Shown here: positions 11,050 through 21,539 of the stretch, piece after piece
How positions within the stretch are numbered: position 1 is the first letter of the stretch
Layout of the letters: the number at the start of each line of letters is the position of its first letter
Assembly (NCBI GenBank): GCA_965240325.2
Contig: OZ251223.1
Location: forward strand, 496,001-560,000
Source: Rebecca billardiae RCC1528
Taxonomy: Eukaryota; Protista; Haptophyta
Length of the DNA stretch: 64,000 nucleotides
Reading direction: 5' to 3'
Made by a program: the position numbers and the translations under genes
Notes under the pieces: model-generated
The model's database searches: none
The model's input: the letters and a program-made list of their open reading frames with translations, nothing else
What the model was told of the DNA's origin: nothing

Positions 11050-12920
11050 TCCGGCGCCCCAAGCCGCGAACGCGTCGACCGGTGGAAGCCGGTGCCACTG
11101 GTGGCTCCGCTGCCTCGGCTTTTACTCGGCTCGTCAACGAGCTCCGCGCACTCAAACGGGCTGCGCGCGCGCTCCTCGAGCGAACGAAGCAACCATCGCC
11201 CCCTTCGGTGACGCCGCTCGGCCGTCCGCCGCCGCGCCCGTTCCTGAAGAAGGGCACTGGCACCGCCTTGGTGGGCCGGCGGCCATCCTCGGGCTCCGTC
11301 CTCCCGCCGCGCGCGGGCGGCGCGGCCGAGCCGCTGCTGCCGAAACGACCGTCGTCGTCGTCGACCTCGCCAGCCAAGAAGCCGGGCTCACCTGACAAGC
11401 CGCCTTCGATCATCACCGTGGACGCGAGCACGTGCACGCGCGACGTCCGGCCCGCAAGCCCGTGGCCTGCCCGCTCGTTCGCCCTGCTGCTCTCTGCTCT
11501 CGCGATTGCGTTCACGGCCCTTCTCGGCGCGTTCGCCGAGTACGCGCCCGCGAGCGGCTCGAGCGGCGGCGTCGGGCGCTTCCTTACGCTGTCGCTCACG
11601 TCAGTCGTGGGCGTCGGCTTCGTGCTGGCCTCGGCGCGCCACTACTCGCTCGGCGTCGTGGCGCTCAACCTGCTCAGCGCGGCCGTCGTGGTCGTCGAGG
11701 CCGTGCTGCTGCGCGGCGCGCTGGACGCGAGCGCGCGCCCTCCTGCGGCGTCGCCGTCCAAGCCGATCGAGCTCGACATCGAGCTGCTCTCGCAGGGCGT
11801 GCTGGCCGCGACGTCGAGCACCGTCAGCCTTGGCGCGCTCGTCGGCTCCGCCTCGCCCACGCAGCTCCTCCTTCTGCTCGTGTTCGGAGCGCCCGCGCAT
11901 GTGCTGGCGCGCGCGCTCGGGTTTGAGGGGCTGTGCGCGCCGCTGGGCGCGGTGGACGCGGGTGGCAGCATGGGCGTGCACGCGCTCGGGGCGTACTACG
12001 GGCTCTCGAGCGCGTGGGTCCTGCAGCGCAGCCGCCGAGCACTCGGCGCCGAGCACTCGAAGCGCGCCGCCCCGCCCACGACCGAGCTGGTCTCGCTCCT
12101 AGGCGCGGCACTGCTGTGGGGTGTGATGCCCGCGTTTAACAGCGCGGCCGCGGGCGCGGAGCTGCGGTTCTGCGCGGTGGTGAACACGGTGCTCGCGATC
12201 GCGGGCGCGACGCTGGCGGCGTACGCGGCGCCCGTCGCGCTGGGCGGCGGCCGCCGCCTCGACCTGCGCGCCATGCCTCGGGCCACGCTCGCCGGCGCCG
12301 TCGCCATCGGCTCAGCTGCGGCGCTGGAGGTGTCGCCTGCCACCGCGTTTGCTGTCGGCGCCGGCGGCGGCGCGCTCGCGGCGGCGGGTCTGCTCGTCGT
12401 CGGACCACGGCTCGAGCGGCACTGTGGCCTGCGCGACGTGTGCGGCGTGCACTCGCTGCACGGCATGCCCGGCCTCTTCGGAGGCCTCGCGGCGGCCGGC
12501 CACCTCTGCGCCACGGGCGAGCGCGCGGCCGCGCTCGCGCAGCTGTGCGCGCTCGCGCTCGCGCTCGGCGTGGCGGTGGTCGCCGGCCTCAGCGCCGGGC
12601 TGCTCGTCTCGTGCGTCGACCGGTCCGACGACTCGGCCCTCGCCGCGCGCGCCTTCCACGACGCGGCCTTCTACTTTGGCGACACCGACGAGACGCACCC
12701 CTCGCCGCTGCGGCCGCACGCCGAGGACCCGGACGACATCGCGCTCGAGTCGGCCTCGCACATCACGTGCTCCCAGTGCAGCGCCGCGGGCAGCAGCCCC
12801 CAGCGCGGCGGCCCCGAGAGCCCCGGCGTCTGCGAAGAGCAGAGCCCCGGCGTCGGCCCTCGGACGAAGACGTGCGAGACCGTCTCCTCCGCCGCGACCT
12901 TCAAATCGGCGACGAGGTGA
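10788..12920 (+). CDS. Rhesus (Rh50)-type ammonia/CO2 channel, Amt/Mep/Rh family; true start uncertain
   Basis: Rh signatures DAGGSMGVHALGAYYGL, LLWGVMPAFNSA, ATLAGAVAIG, DVCGVHSLHGMPGLFGG; about 11-12 TM helices from about 11480. Confidence 0.9.
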   Translation: MRAALSRGERGVAQVARRRRAPDALPQQPVRTRRLRGHIRARSAVPRALAPPAEHAIAAAAAGPRAKRCIPTSAERATGARAPLTPLVRRPKPRTRRPVEAGATGGSAASAFTRLVNELRALKRAARALLERTKQPSPPSVTPLGRPPPRPFLKKGTGTALVGRRPSSGSVLPPRAGGAAEPLLPKRPSSSSTSPAKKPGSPDKPPSIITVDASTCTRDVRPASPWPARSFALLLSALAIAFTALLGAFAEYAPASGSSGGVGRFLTLSLTSVVGVGFVLASARHYSLGVVALNLLSAAVVVVEAVLLRGALDASARPPAASPSKPIELDIELLSQGVLAATSSTVSLGALVGSASPTQLLLLLVFGAPAHVLARALGFEGLCAPLGAVDAGGSMGVHALGAYYGLSSAWVLQRSRRALGAEHSKRAAPPTTELVSLLGAALLWGVMPAFNSAAAGAELRFCAVVNTVLAIAGATLAAYAAPVALGGGRRLDLRAMPRATLAGAVAIGSAAALEVSPATAFAVGAGGGALAAAGLLVVGPRLERHCGLRDVCGVHSLHGMPGLFGGLAAAGHLCATGERAAALAQLCALALALGVAVVAGLSAGLLVSCVDRSDDSALAARAFHDAAFYFGDTDETHPSPLRPHAEDPDDIALESASHITCSQCSAAGSSPQRGGPESPGVCEEQSPGVGPRTKTCETVSSAATFKSATR

Positions 12921-13264
12921 CGGCGACGACGGGGTCGGGGGCCCGCCCCCCGCCAAGGGCAATGGGAGCTCGCAGGCCAGCGCCGCGGCGGCGTCGCGGC
13001 GCGCGCGGCTCACTCACGCCTCACTGCTGGCGGGCGGGGAGCCTGACCGAATTATGGCGCACGGCCCCCCCGAAAGGTCTGAGCGTGAGCGAAAGCCGGG
13101 GGGGGCGGCGCACGTGCTCCGCAAAATCAAAAAAGAGGATGCGCGCAGGATTTGGGGGATTTTTGTAGGTGGATTTAGGTGTGAAATCCGCATTTGACTC
13201 GATATCGCTGCTCATGATTGCGTTTGTACTGCTCCCAACCGGTCCAGACCTCAGGATTATCCTT

Positions 13265-13301
13265 ACGTGCACGCCAGTGGGCGGCCCACTGGCGTGCACG
13301 T
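13265..13301. repeat. Perfect 18-bp palindrome/hairpin
   Basis: acgtgcacgccagtgggc-g-gcccactggcgtgcacgt. Confidence 0.9.
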
Positions 13302-14984
13302 TAAGGGTTTCGTCAGGTTGGCGCGCGCTGGGGCGGACGCTCCCGCCGCCACCTCGCTCTCGCCTTCCGCCGCCAGGGCGAGGCCGCGCGAAGTCCAGTA
13401 GATCTTCCGATGGGACGCAGCGGGGCGGTAGCGAAGCGGTGAACTACTGTCGCTTGCGCGTGGCGCAGCGCTTCGCGCCCTCGCACCTCGACGGTCAGCT
13501 GCAGGCCCGCGCGAGCGCGAGCGTGTGCCGCCGCCACATTCAGCCAGAGACATGCCGCGCCTTGCCTGCCGAGGCAGCGAAGAGGCACGCACGTGAAGCC
13601 GCTGGGCACCATGGCGTGCGCCCACGACCGTACTGTCACATGGCTCACGCCGTCCTGGGATGCGCGCCTCGGGTTGCGCTCAGCGCGCGCATACTTTGCG
13701 GGGACGACTGAGCACGGCTGAAGCCGAGAGGCGGCGCACACGCCCGTGCGGGCTCAAGGCGCCGAGAAGATGGTCAGACGCGAGTCGCCCGGCGCAGGGC
13801 GGCGCAGAAAGGCCCTATGCCTCTGCCCGACCGCGTGCGCCATCGCCGCGTGCACGTCTACGACCGAGGCGGCGCGGCAGCGGGCGGCGCCTCGCGGCGG
13901 ATGGCTGTGGCGGGCGCACGCGGCGGGTTTTGAATTTCTCTCATTTTCCGAGTTTCCCAAATCCTGAGGTCTGGACCGGTTGGTTAATCCTTGGATAGTA
14001 AGTAATAGAAGAAATCGAACTCGAATAGGACAAAGGCGTCTGCATCTTTCTGATAATTATGGTGGGCCGTTCGTGATTCTCCTGCTGATATACACTTTTG
14101 GTTTGCTGATTCCAATTCAAAGAGTAAAGTATCGTCTCCTATTATCCTTCTCCTCTGAAGAGAACCACACTTCAGCAAAAACAACGCGTTTCAGTATCAA
14201 CGTATTATGGCACGACGTTCGTCATCGCGGCTCGTTTGTCTATTGGTACCCGCGAAATGAACCCTGCCAGATCTTCGCCTAATCAAAAACGCCTAGGCAC
14301 GCGTTTTCGCACCGTTTCGCCGTACCATTTATGAGATTAACTTATAATTATACAAACTTACAAAAACGGCGGTTCGCTTCGACCAGAATATATGCGCCCG
14401 TGCGGGCGTGGCCGACTAAGTGATATGACCAAATGAGGGAATCTTACCCGTAAGCGTTATTTGGCGGCCCCGGCACACGCCGAGCGACCGAGGGCGATCG
14501 GAGGCTCAAAGCCGAAAAGGCTCTCGTTTTGCGTGCCGGTGCGCGCGACTCAGCGCAGGTGCGCGCACTGCAGCTGCGGCGGGTCCCAACAGCCGTCGGC
14601 ATCGCATTCGTGCCTCGCTCACCCCACGCGCCCCGCCCTGCCATGCGTCTTCGGCCCAAAGTGTACACCCCGCCCGGCCCGCGGCGTCGGCGCCCGCCGA
14701 CGAAGTACGTTCACGAACACGGCCATCGGACTGCCGCGCCGCGCAGGTGACTCGACCTCGAGCGAGCCTGGGGCGTGGAGGCGACCGACGGCGGGGTGCG
14801 ACTTGCCCACCGACCCGAGCTGCATCACCCAGCGCAGCTTCGCCCGCGACGATGCTTCGCCTGGCTACCACTGCTCAGCCTCGTTACCCACCGGCTGTGA
14901 TGGCGACGCTGTCTGTCCGCGCGGCGTGCGGCGGCGCGCAGGCAGGGAGAGCGGCAGCCGGGCACCGAGCCGCAGGACGAGCTC

Positions 14985-15714
14985 TTGCTGGAGGACTCGC
15001 CCGAGCGCGCGTTCGCGCGCTTGCACACCGCGCTGCGCACCATGCACGACCAGCGCGTCCTGCGCTTCTACACGCAGAACGACTCGTCGTGGACGATCGA
15101 TCACGGGACATTGGCCTGCTGCAGTCGCAGTATCGGCGCACGTGCTGCACGCGACCTCGCAGCGCGCGTGGCCCGCATTCGAGGGGAAGACGCCGAGGGC
15201 GTGCAAGGAGCGGCTGCTGCGGCTGCGGGACATCGTAGACAGGCTCGAGCCGCGGGACATTGGCCTGCTGCAGTCGCAGTATGCGCTGCTGCACGCGACC
15301 TCGCAGCGCGCGTGGCCCGCATTCGAGGGGAAGACGCCGAGGGCGTGCAAGGAGCGGCTGCTGCGGCTGCGGGACATCGTAGACAGGCTCGAGCCGCGGC
15401 TGCTCGCGACGCTCTTCCCCGCCGACGCCGACGACGAGCTGCGCGAGCTTGTCCGACGCTGCGCCGATCCCGCCGGCGCGCGAGGCTGTGCGAGGCTGAC
15501 GGACGGGCTGCCGAGCGCGATCTCCTCAGCGCTGCGCGCGGCCACAGCAGGGCTGCCCGAAGCGCACCGGGCGGAGGCGCTGCGGCTGCTGCGCGTCGAG
15601 TTCGACACGGCCCAGCCCCCCGAGGCCGTCGATCGAGTCCGGATTACTCGCGCCCGCGCCTCCTGCACGGCGACGGCGCCGGGCGCGCGCATCGTAGTGA
15701 TAAATTCACAGTGA
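14985..15714 (+). pseudogene. Coding-like fragment disrupted by a ~149-bp tandem duplication
   Basis: Protein-like segments in different frames (HDQRVLRFYTQNDSSWTIDHG; LLQSQYALLHATSQRAWPAFEGK); direct repeat 15104-15252 / 15253-15399. Confidence 0.45.
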
Positions 15715-16157
15715 TTCGGTGAAGAACGCGACAACTACCAGGGCCGTGCGCCATCAACTTCGTTGTTCACTACCCGAAGATCGGCGTAGCCGATCATATT
15801 TGCTGGTGAGTATATAGCGAGTGGACAGATACAGTGGTGATTCCGCGAGATTAATGAGCATGACACTGATGAGTCCGTGAGTTATAGTCAATACTAGTGC
15901 GGGGCCGGGACTTTGTCGGCCTAGCCCGTAGCCGGGCCCGAGGCCGAGGGCGAGTAGCCAATAAGCCAGTAGCCCGCAGTAGGCCGAGTTACGAGTAGCC
16001 TAGCCTAGGGCCCTCCGGGCCTAGCCCGTGAGGCGTGAGTAAGCCTAAGGCCTTAGGCCGGAAGGGCCACCGGCCTGACGCCGACGACGGCACGCGGTCA
16101 GCAAGTGGGCAAGGCTGCTGGGCTGTGGGCACCATTTACCACCAAGGCATCATGTCG

Positions 16158-17309
16158 TCAGAGCAGGAGTGCTGTCGCTGGAGAGTGGAGGTGCAGTTGT
16201 GACGAGTAGTGCGGTCGTCCGTCAGCGGCAGACTGTGTGACGCACGATGCCGATGATGAACGCGGCAGCCTCTCCGATTCCACAGCCAGCGTCGCAGCCA
16301 TCGACGCACTCACCGGACTCAAGCAGCTCGGCGACGAGCACCCTGGCGTGGATGGCAGGGACTTGCTGGCCGATCGCGCACCCAGGACTGCCCCGGGGCG
16401 ACCGGGCTCTCCGCCATGCTCGGCCGCCCGAGCTTGGCGACCAACAGCGAAGGCTCCGAGGGCGTACAGCCCGAGCGCGCCTCCGAGCACGAGCGCCCAT
16501 CGCGCTGCTGCCAGCCCGTCGAATGACGACGCAGCGCTCACGCTGCCGATGCGCGCCCGAGTGCCGCTGCGCGCCGCATCAATCAGCGCCTGAGGCTGCG
16601 CGCCGCCCGCTGGGCAGGCGCCGCACGTTGCCGGGCAGTGCGCTTGCACGCGACGCTCTGCGCAGCGGCTCTGCTGCTGCGACGCGGCGCCGATCCCTGC
16701 GCACCAGCGCGCCCAATCGGCGCAGCGCGACGCCGCAACCGAGCTCGCCGCCGGCGCTGGGCGGGCCGTTGCGTTGGTCGCGTTGGCTGCGGACGTGCGC
16801 AGGTTAGCGCAGCGGACTGTGGAGCGAAACGCGTACCAATCCCCGCCCGGCGCCTGGCCGAGCGGCGGCTGGCACGCGATCTCGGGTAGGACCGTGCCTG
16901 CAGAGCGCGTGGTGGTAGGGCCGTGCGCGGGGCCTCCTCTCAGACCTCGGCTTCCCAATAATGCTCCGCGGCCGAGCGCGCTCGCGCGCGCGTGCGCGCG
17001 CGCGCGCACGCCGGGGGCGCGGCACGCACAGTCGGTCTTGTACTCAATGTACACGGTGCGCAGGGTGGACTCGGGCCGCATGTAGATCTGGAACCCCGTG
17101 CACCGTATGTTTCGGCTGCACAGCTGCAGGTTCGAGAGTGGAAACAGTCGCAGCTGGTTCGTGCGCTGCCGAATGTTGTTGCCGACTACAAAGCAGCCGT
17201 CCGTGACCATGAAGTTGGTGTAGTTGCGCGACACGCCGGCGACGAGGACGTTGTGGTCGTCGACCTGGCCCAGCAGCAAGGGGACGAGCACCAGCATCGT
17301 CAGCGCCAT
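16158..17309 (-). CDS. Type I membrane protein: signal peptide, 6-Cys ectodomain, ShKT domain, TM helix, Ser-rich tail
   Basis: Signal-like MALTMLVLVPLLLG; ShKT CADWARWC...C...HCPATCGAC; TM WALVLGGALGLYALGAFAVG; predicted intron 16898-17029; paralog at 55780-57208. Confidence 0.8.
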   Translation of the reverse strand: MALTMLVLVPLLLGQVDDHNVLVAGVSRNYTNFMVTDGCFVVGNNIRQRTNQLRLFPLSNLQLCSRNIRCTGFQIYMRPESTLRTVYIEYKTDCACRAPGVRARAHARASALGRGALLGSRGLRGGPAHGPTTTRSAGTVLPEIACQPPLGQAPGGDWYAFRSTVRCANLRTSAANATNATARPAPAASSVAASRCADWARWCAGIGAASQQQSRCAERRVQAHCPATCGACPAGGAQPQALIDAARSGTRARIGSVSAASSFDGLAAARWALVLGGALGLYALGAFAVGRQARAAEHGGEPGRPGAVLGARSASKSLPSTPGCSSPSCLSPVSASMAATLAVESERLPRSSSASCVTQSAADGRPHYSSQLHLHSPATALLL

Positions 17310-17571
17310 CACGCGGCGAGCTGCGGGGTGCCTCTTCCCGCGTGCTGCAAGCCTTTTCTCACGCGATGAGCACCGGCCTGCCGCCAAAAGGCGCGGCCCG
17401 GGCAAGGCCCGGGCTCGGCTGAGCGAGTCCAGTCTTTGTCAACGGCGGAAAGTCGGAAACAGGCCAACAGCAGAGGCGAGCGGAGCGCTGGCTCCGACGA
17501 CGGGAAAAGCCGAACAGCAGAGGGAACACCGGTGCGCGCACCTAGACCGCGCGGTGGCCCCCCGCGGCCCC

Positions 17572-18862
17572 ATGGCCGAGTGGGCGGCCTACGTCGCACT
17601 GGCCGACGTGGGGGCGGAGGTGTGCTCGCTCTCGGCGTCGGAGGAGTGGCTCGTTGTCGGCACGGCCGTCGGCCGGCTGCAATGCTACGCGCTCAACGGC
17701 ACGGCGGGCGTCCCTGCGCCGACGCCGACGGCGGCGCGCGCCGCCTTCCAGCCGCCGGCCGGCGCGCCGGCGCGCTCGCCGCGGCTGGCGCCCGCGCTGC
17801 ACACCGAGCGGCAGCTGAAGCGGCACGGCCCGGTCGAGCAGCTCCACGCCGCTCGGCGCGAGCCCCTCGCGCTCGTGCTCGCCGGCGGCTCGCTCACCGT
17901 GCACTCGCTCCCATCGCTCGAGCCGGTCGGCGTGCTCGCGTCGATTGGCTGCCGAGGCTTTGCGGTGGATGACGGCGAGGACGGCGAGCGCGTGGCGGTG
18001 GCCGTGGACGGCGAGATCCGCTCGTACTCGCTCTCCCAGCCCGTCTCGCACACGCACTCCTTCCCCGTGCCCAGCCGCGTCGGCGCGCTCCACTGGAATG
18101 GCAGCCTGCTGTGTGCCGCCGTCGGCGACGGCGTCGAGCTGCGCGCCTCGCAGGGCGGGAGCAAGCTGGTGGACCTGCCCGGGCTGGCGGCGGCGGCGGC
18201 GGGCGCGTCGCCGAGCACGCCGGAGGACGAGCCCGCGCCCGGCGGCGCCGACTCGAGCCGCACGCCCTCCGAGCCGCGCACGCCGGAGAGGCGCCGCCGT
18301 CGGCCTCTGCTGGATGGGGGCGGCGGCGGCGGCGGCGGCGGCGCGGACGGCGCGCGGCGCGGCGGGATCGGGGCGCACGCCGAGGCGGAGGGCGCGCGCT
18401 CGCGGATGCTCGACGGCGGCGCGCGGCACACCGCGCGCGCGTACTCGCTGCCCTCCGGCGCGACCGCCGCCGCGTCGGCGGCGGCGTCTGTCGCCGCGTC
18501 CGCCGCGTCCGCCGCCGCCAAGTCCGCCCGCCTGTCTCTCGCATCGACGACGCCTTACGAGTCGCCGTCGGCGTCGTCGATCGCGTCGTCGCGCACCGCG
18601 ACGCTGCGCGCCGCGCGCGCCGCGCTCGCCGCGTGCTGCCGCGTGCCCACGCTCCCCGGCACCTTTCTCCTCGCGCCGCCGCTCGCCGACGGTCGCGCTG
18701 CACTCGTGCTAGCCGGCGGCGAGGCGGGCGCACTGTCACTGCGCGAGCTGGCGCCGCTCGACGCGCCGCCGCTCGCGCTGGCGTGCACGCTGACGCACGC
18801 CATCGCCGTGTTCGAGTCGAGCGTGTGCGCCGTGCCACTCGGCGTCGTCGTCGACGGCTGCA

Positions 18863-18896
<34 letters not shown>

Positions 18897-20451
18897 AGGC
18901 GGTGCCGCCGCCGCCGCCACCGCCGGCTTCGGCGGCGGCGGCGGCGGCGCGGCGGCGGAGCGTGGCATGGCGGCGGCCGACGGCGCGGGCGCGGGCGCGC
19001 CCCACGTGCCCTCCCATCGCGCGCACGCCGCCGCCGCCGCCGAGCGCGCGCAGCCGCCGCCGAGCGCGCCCGTGCCGCAGGCCGTCGCCGCGGGCACGTC
19101 CGCCTGGGTCAGCGTGAGTGCGCGCGCGGCCGGCCGACACGACGTTGGCTGCGGCGCGCGAGCGGGCGCGCGCGGCGCGTGCGGCGCGAGCGGGCTGGCG
19201 GCCGCGCGGCCTCTCGGGGCGGTGGCGCTGCCCCCCGCGCCCACGCCGCCGCCTCGCGCCAGCCGAGCCCGCGCGGCGGCCGAGGGCTCGGAGCCCACGC
19301 CCCGCGGCACCGGCGGCGCGCGCGGCGGCGCGGGCGGCGGCGCGGGCGGCGGCGCGGGCGGCGGCGCGGGCGCGTGGGTGGACTTGCCGACGCGGCTGTG
19401 CCGCGCAGCGCCCGCCCAGCCGGGCGGCTGGGCGGCCGCCGACGCGGGAGCGCGCGCCGGCGGCACGCCCGCCGGTGCCGTCTCCGCGGCCGACGGCGCC
19501 ACTCGCTGGCAGCCGCCGACCGCCGCCGCCGTCGCCGCCCTCGCGCGCTCCGGCAGCGAGCGGACTGGCGGCGGCGAGCCGCCTGCGGACCGGAGCGCCG
19601 AGCGCGGCGGCGGCGGCGGCGGCGGCGCGGGCGGCGGGTACGGCGGCGCGGCGGCGCGCTCGCGCGCGCCGCCCGTCGCGACGTGCACCGTCGGCGGCTG
19701 GCTGCTCGTCGCGCGCGGCGACGCGGTCGCCGTCATTCAACCCGCGCCCGCGTGCGCGCCCGCGCGCCGCGCTTACGCCGTGCTGGCGCGGCACTCGGCG
19801 ACACTTGAGCCGACTGTGGTGTGCCGCGCGCTGGGCGCGGCGCTGCTGTGCGCGCCGACGCACCCGCTCGGCGGCGTGTGCACCGCGCTGCGCGAGGCGG
19901 CGGTGCGCGCGTACGCGCAGCTCGACGGCGCCGCCGGCGCCGCCGCCGACGAGCTCGGCGGCGGCGGCGCGGCCGGCGGCGGCGCGGCCGGCGGCGGCGC
20001 GGCCGGCGGCGGCGCGGCCGGCGTCGGCGCGGCCCACGCCGACGCGGACGCGCGCGCGCGCGCGCTCGCCTCCGCCGTCGGCGTGTGCCGCGCCGTGCGG
20101 CGCGAGCTCGCGTGCGCGGTGCGCCTCGAGCTGCGCCACGCGCTGCTGCAGCAGCAGCGCGGCGGCGGCAGCCCCGCCGCGCGCGCCGCCGCGCTCGACG
20201 CCGCCACCTCCGACGCTGTGGAATCCGTTTTGTTCGGCCGCGCGCACGGGCCGTTGCTTGCGCTGTATCGCGCGGCGGACCGCGAGCTGAACGGCGCGTT
20301 CGCGGCGAACCTGGGCCGGCTGCGCGCGCTGCCGGCGGAGGCGTTCGGCGTGAGCGCCGAGGTGCTCGCCGCCGTGCCCGCCGCCGCCGCCGCGCTCGTC
20401 GCCGCGCCCAGCTGGGGCAGCCTGGCTGACGAAGGGCGCTCTGTGGCAGCG

Positions 20452-20485
<34 letters not shown>

Positions 20486-21240
20486 TGTCCGCCTCCGGGC
20501 TGTGCGGGCTCGGCGCGCTCTCGCGCGCGTCGAGCGTGCGCTCGCAGGGCGGCGCGCAGCAGCGCGCCGCGTCGCCGCCGGTGCTCTGCTCCGCGCCCGG
20601 CGTGCCGCCGCCCGTCGGCGCGACGCTGGCGGCGCCGGTGCCGAGGCTGGCATGCGGCGCGTGCGCGCCGCCGCCCGGCGCGGCGGGTCTGTGCGTGCGC
20701 TCGCCGCTCTCGCGCACGCCGTCGTGTGGCGGCGGGTGCAGCGGGTGCGGCTGCGTGCCCGCGGCGGCGGCGGCGGCCCCCGCCGCCTCGCCGCACGCGC
20801 ACGCGCGCGGGCCGGCCCGCCGGCCGCAGCCGCCCGCGCCGCCGCCGCTCGCGCGCGCGCGCACGCAGTCCCCTGCCGCCTACGCGGCTGGCGGCGGCGG
20901 CTTTGGGTGTGGCGGCGGGTGCGCCGCCGGCGCCACGCACGGGAGCTTCGTCAGCGTCGTCGCTGGCGGCGGCGGCCCTTCGCCGCGCACGCGCTCGCCC
21001 GCGTGCTTGGCTGGCGGCGGCGGCGGCGGCGGCGGCGGCGCGCGTGGCACGCCTCCGCCGAGCGCGGCCGAGGCGGCAGTGGCGGCGGCGGCCGCGGCGC
21101 TCGGCACGCTCGGCGCCGCGGCGGGCGGGAGCGGGGCGTGGCCTGCGTGCGCCGCCGGCGCAGCCCTCCCCGCCGCGTCGTACGAGCAGCTCTCGATCTC
21201 CGCCTCTTGCTCCTCGCTGCACGACTCAACCGCCAGCCTC

Positions 21241-21321
<81 letters not shown>

Positions 21322-21506
21322 ATGGCTGACTGGCGCCCCCCGCGGCTCTCGGCGGGGCGGGGCCCGCCGTCGCTCGGCTCGTGCGACTCGGCGAGCCTCA
21401 CGCTCAGCAGCACCACCGACCAGCTCGGCGCGGCCGGCGCCGACGACGCGCTTGGAGGAGGCTGGGGCTCATTCGGCACCGGCCGCGGCCGCGCGCCTCA
21501 AAAGCT

Positions 21507-21539
<33 letters not shown>

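Noticed and set aside
10788-12920. AMT1/AmtB assignment
   Set aside because: Motifs DAGGSM and CGVH.LHGMPG are Rh-type
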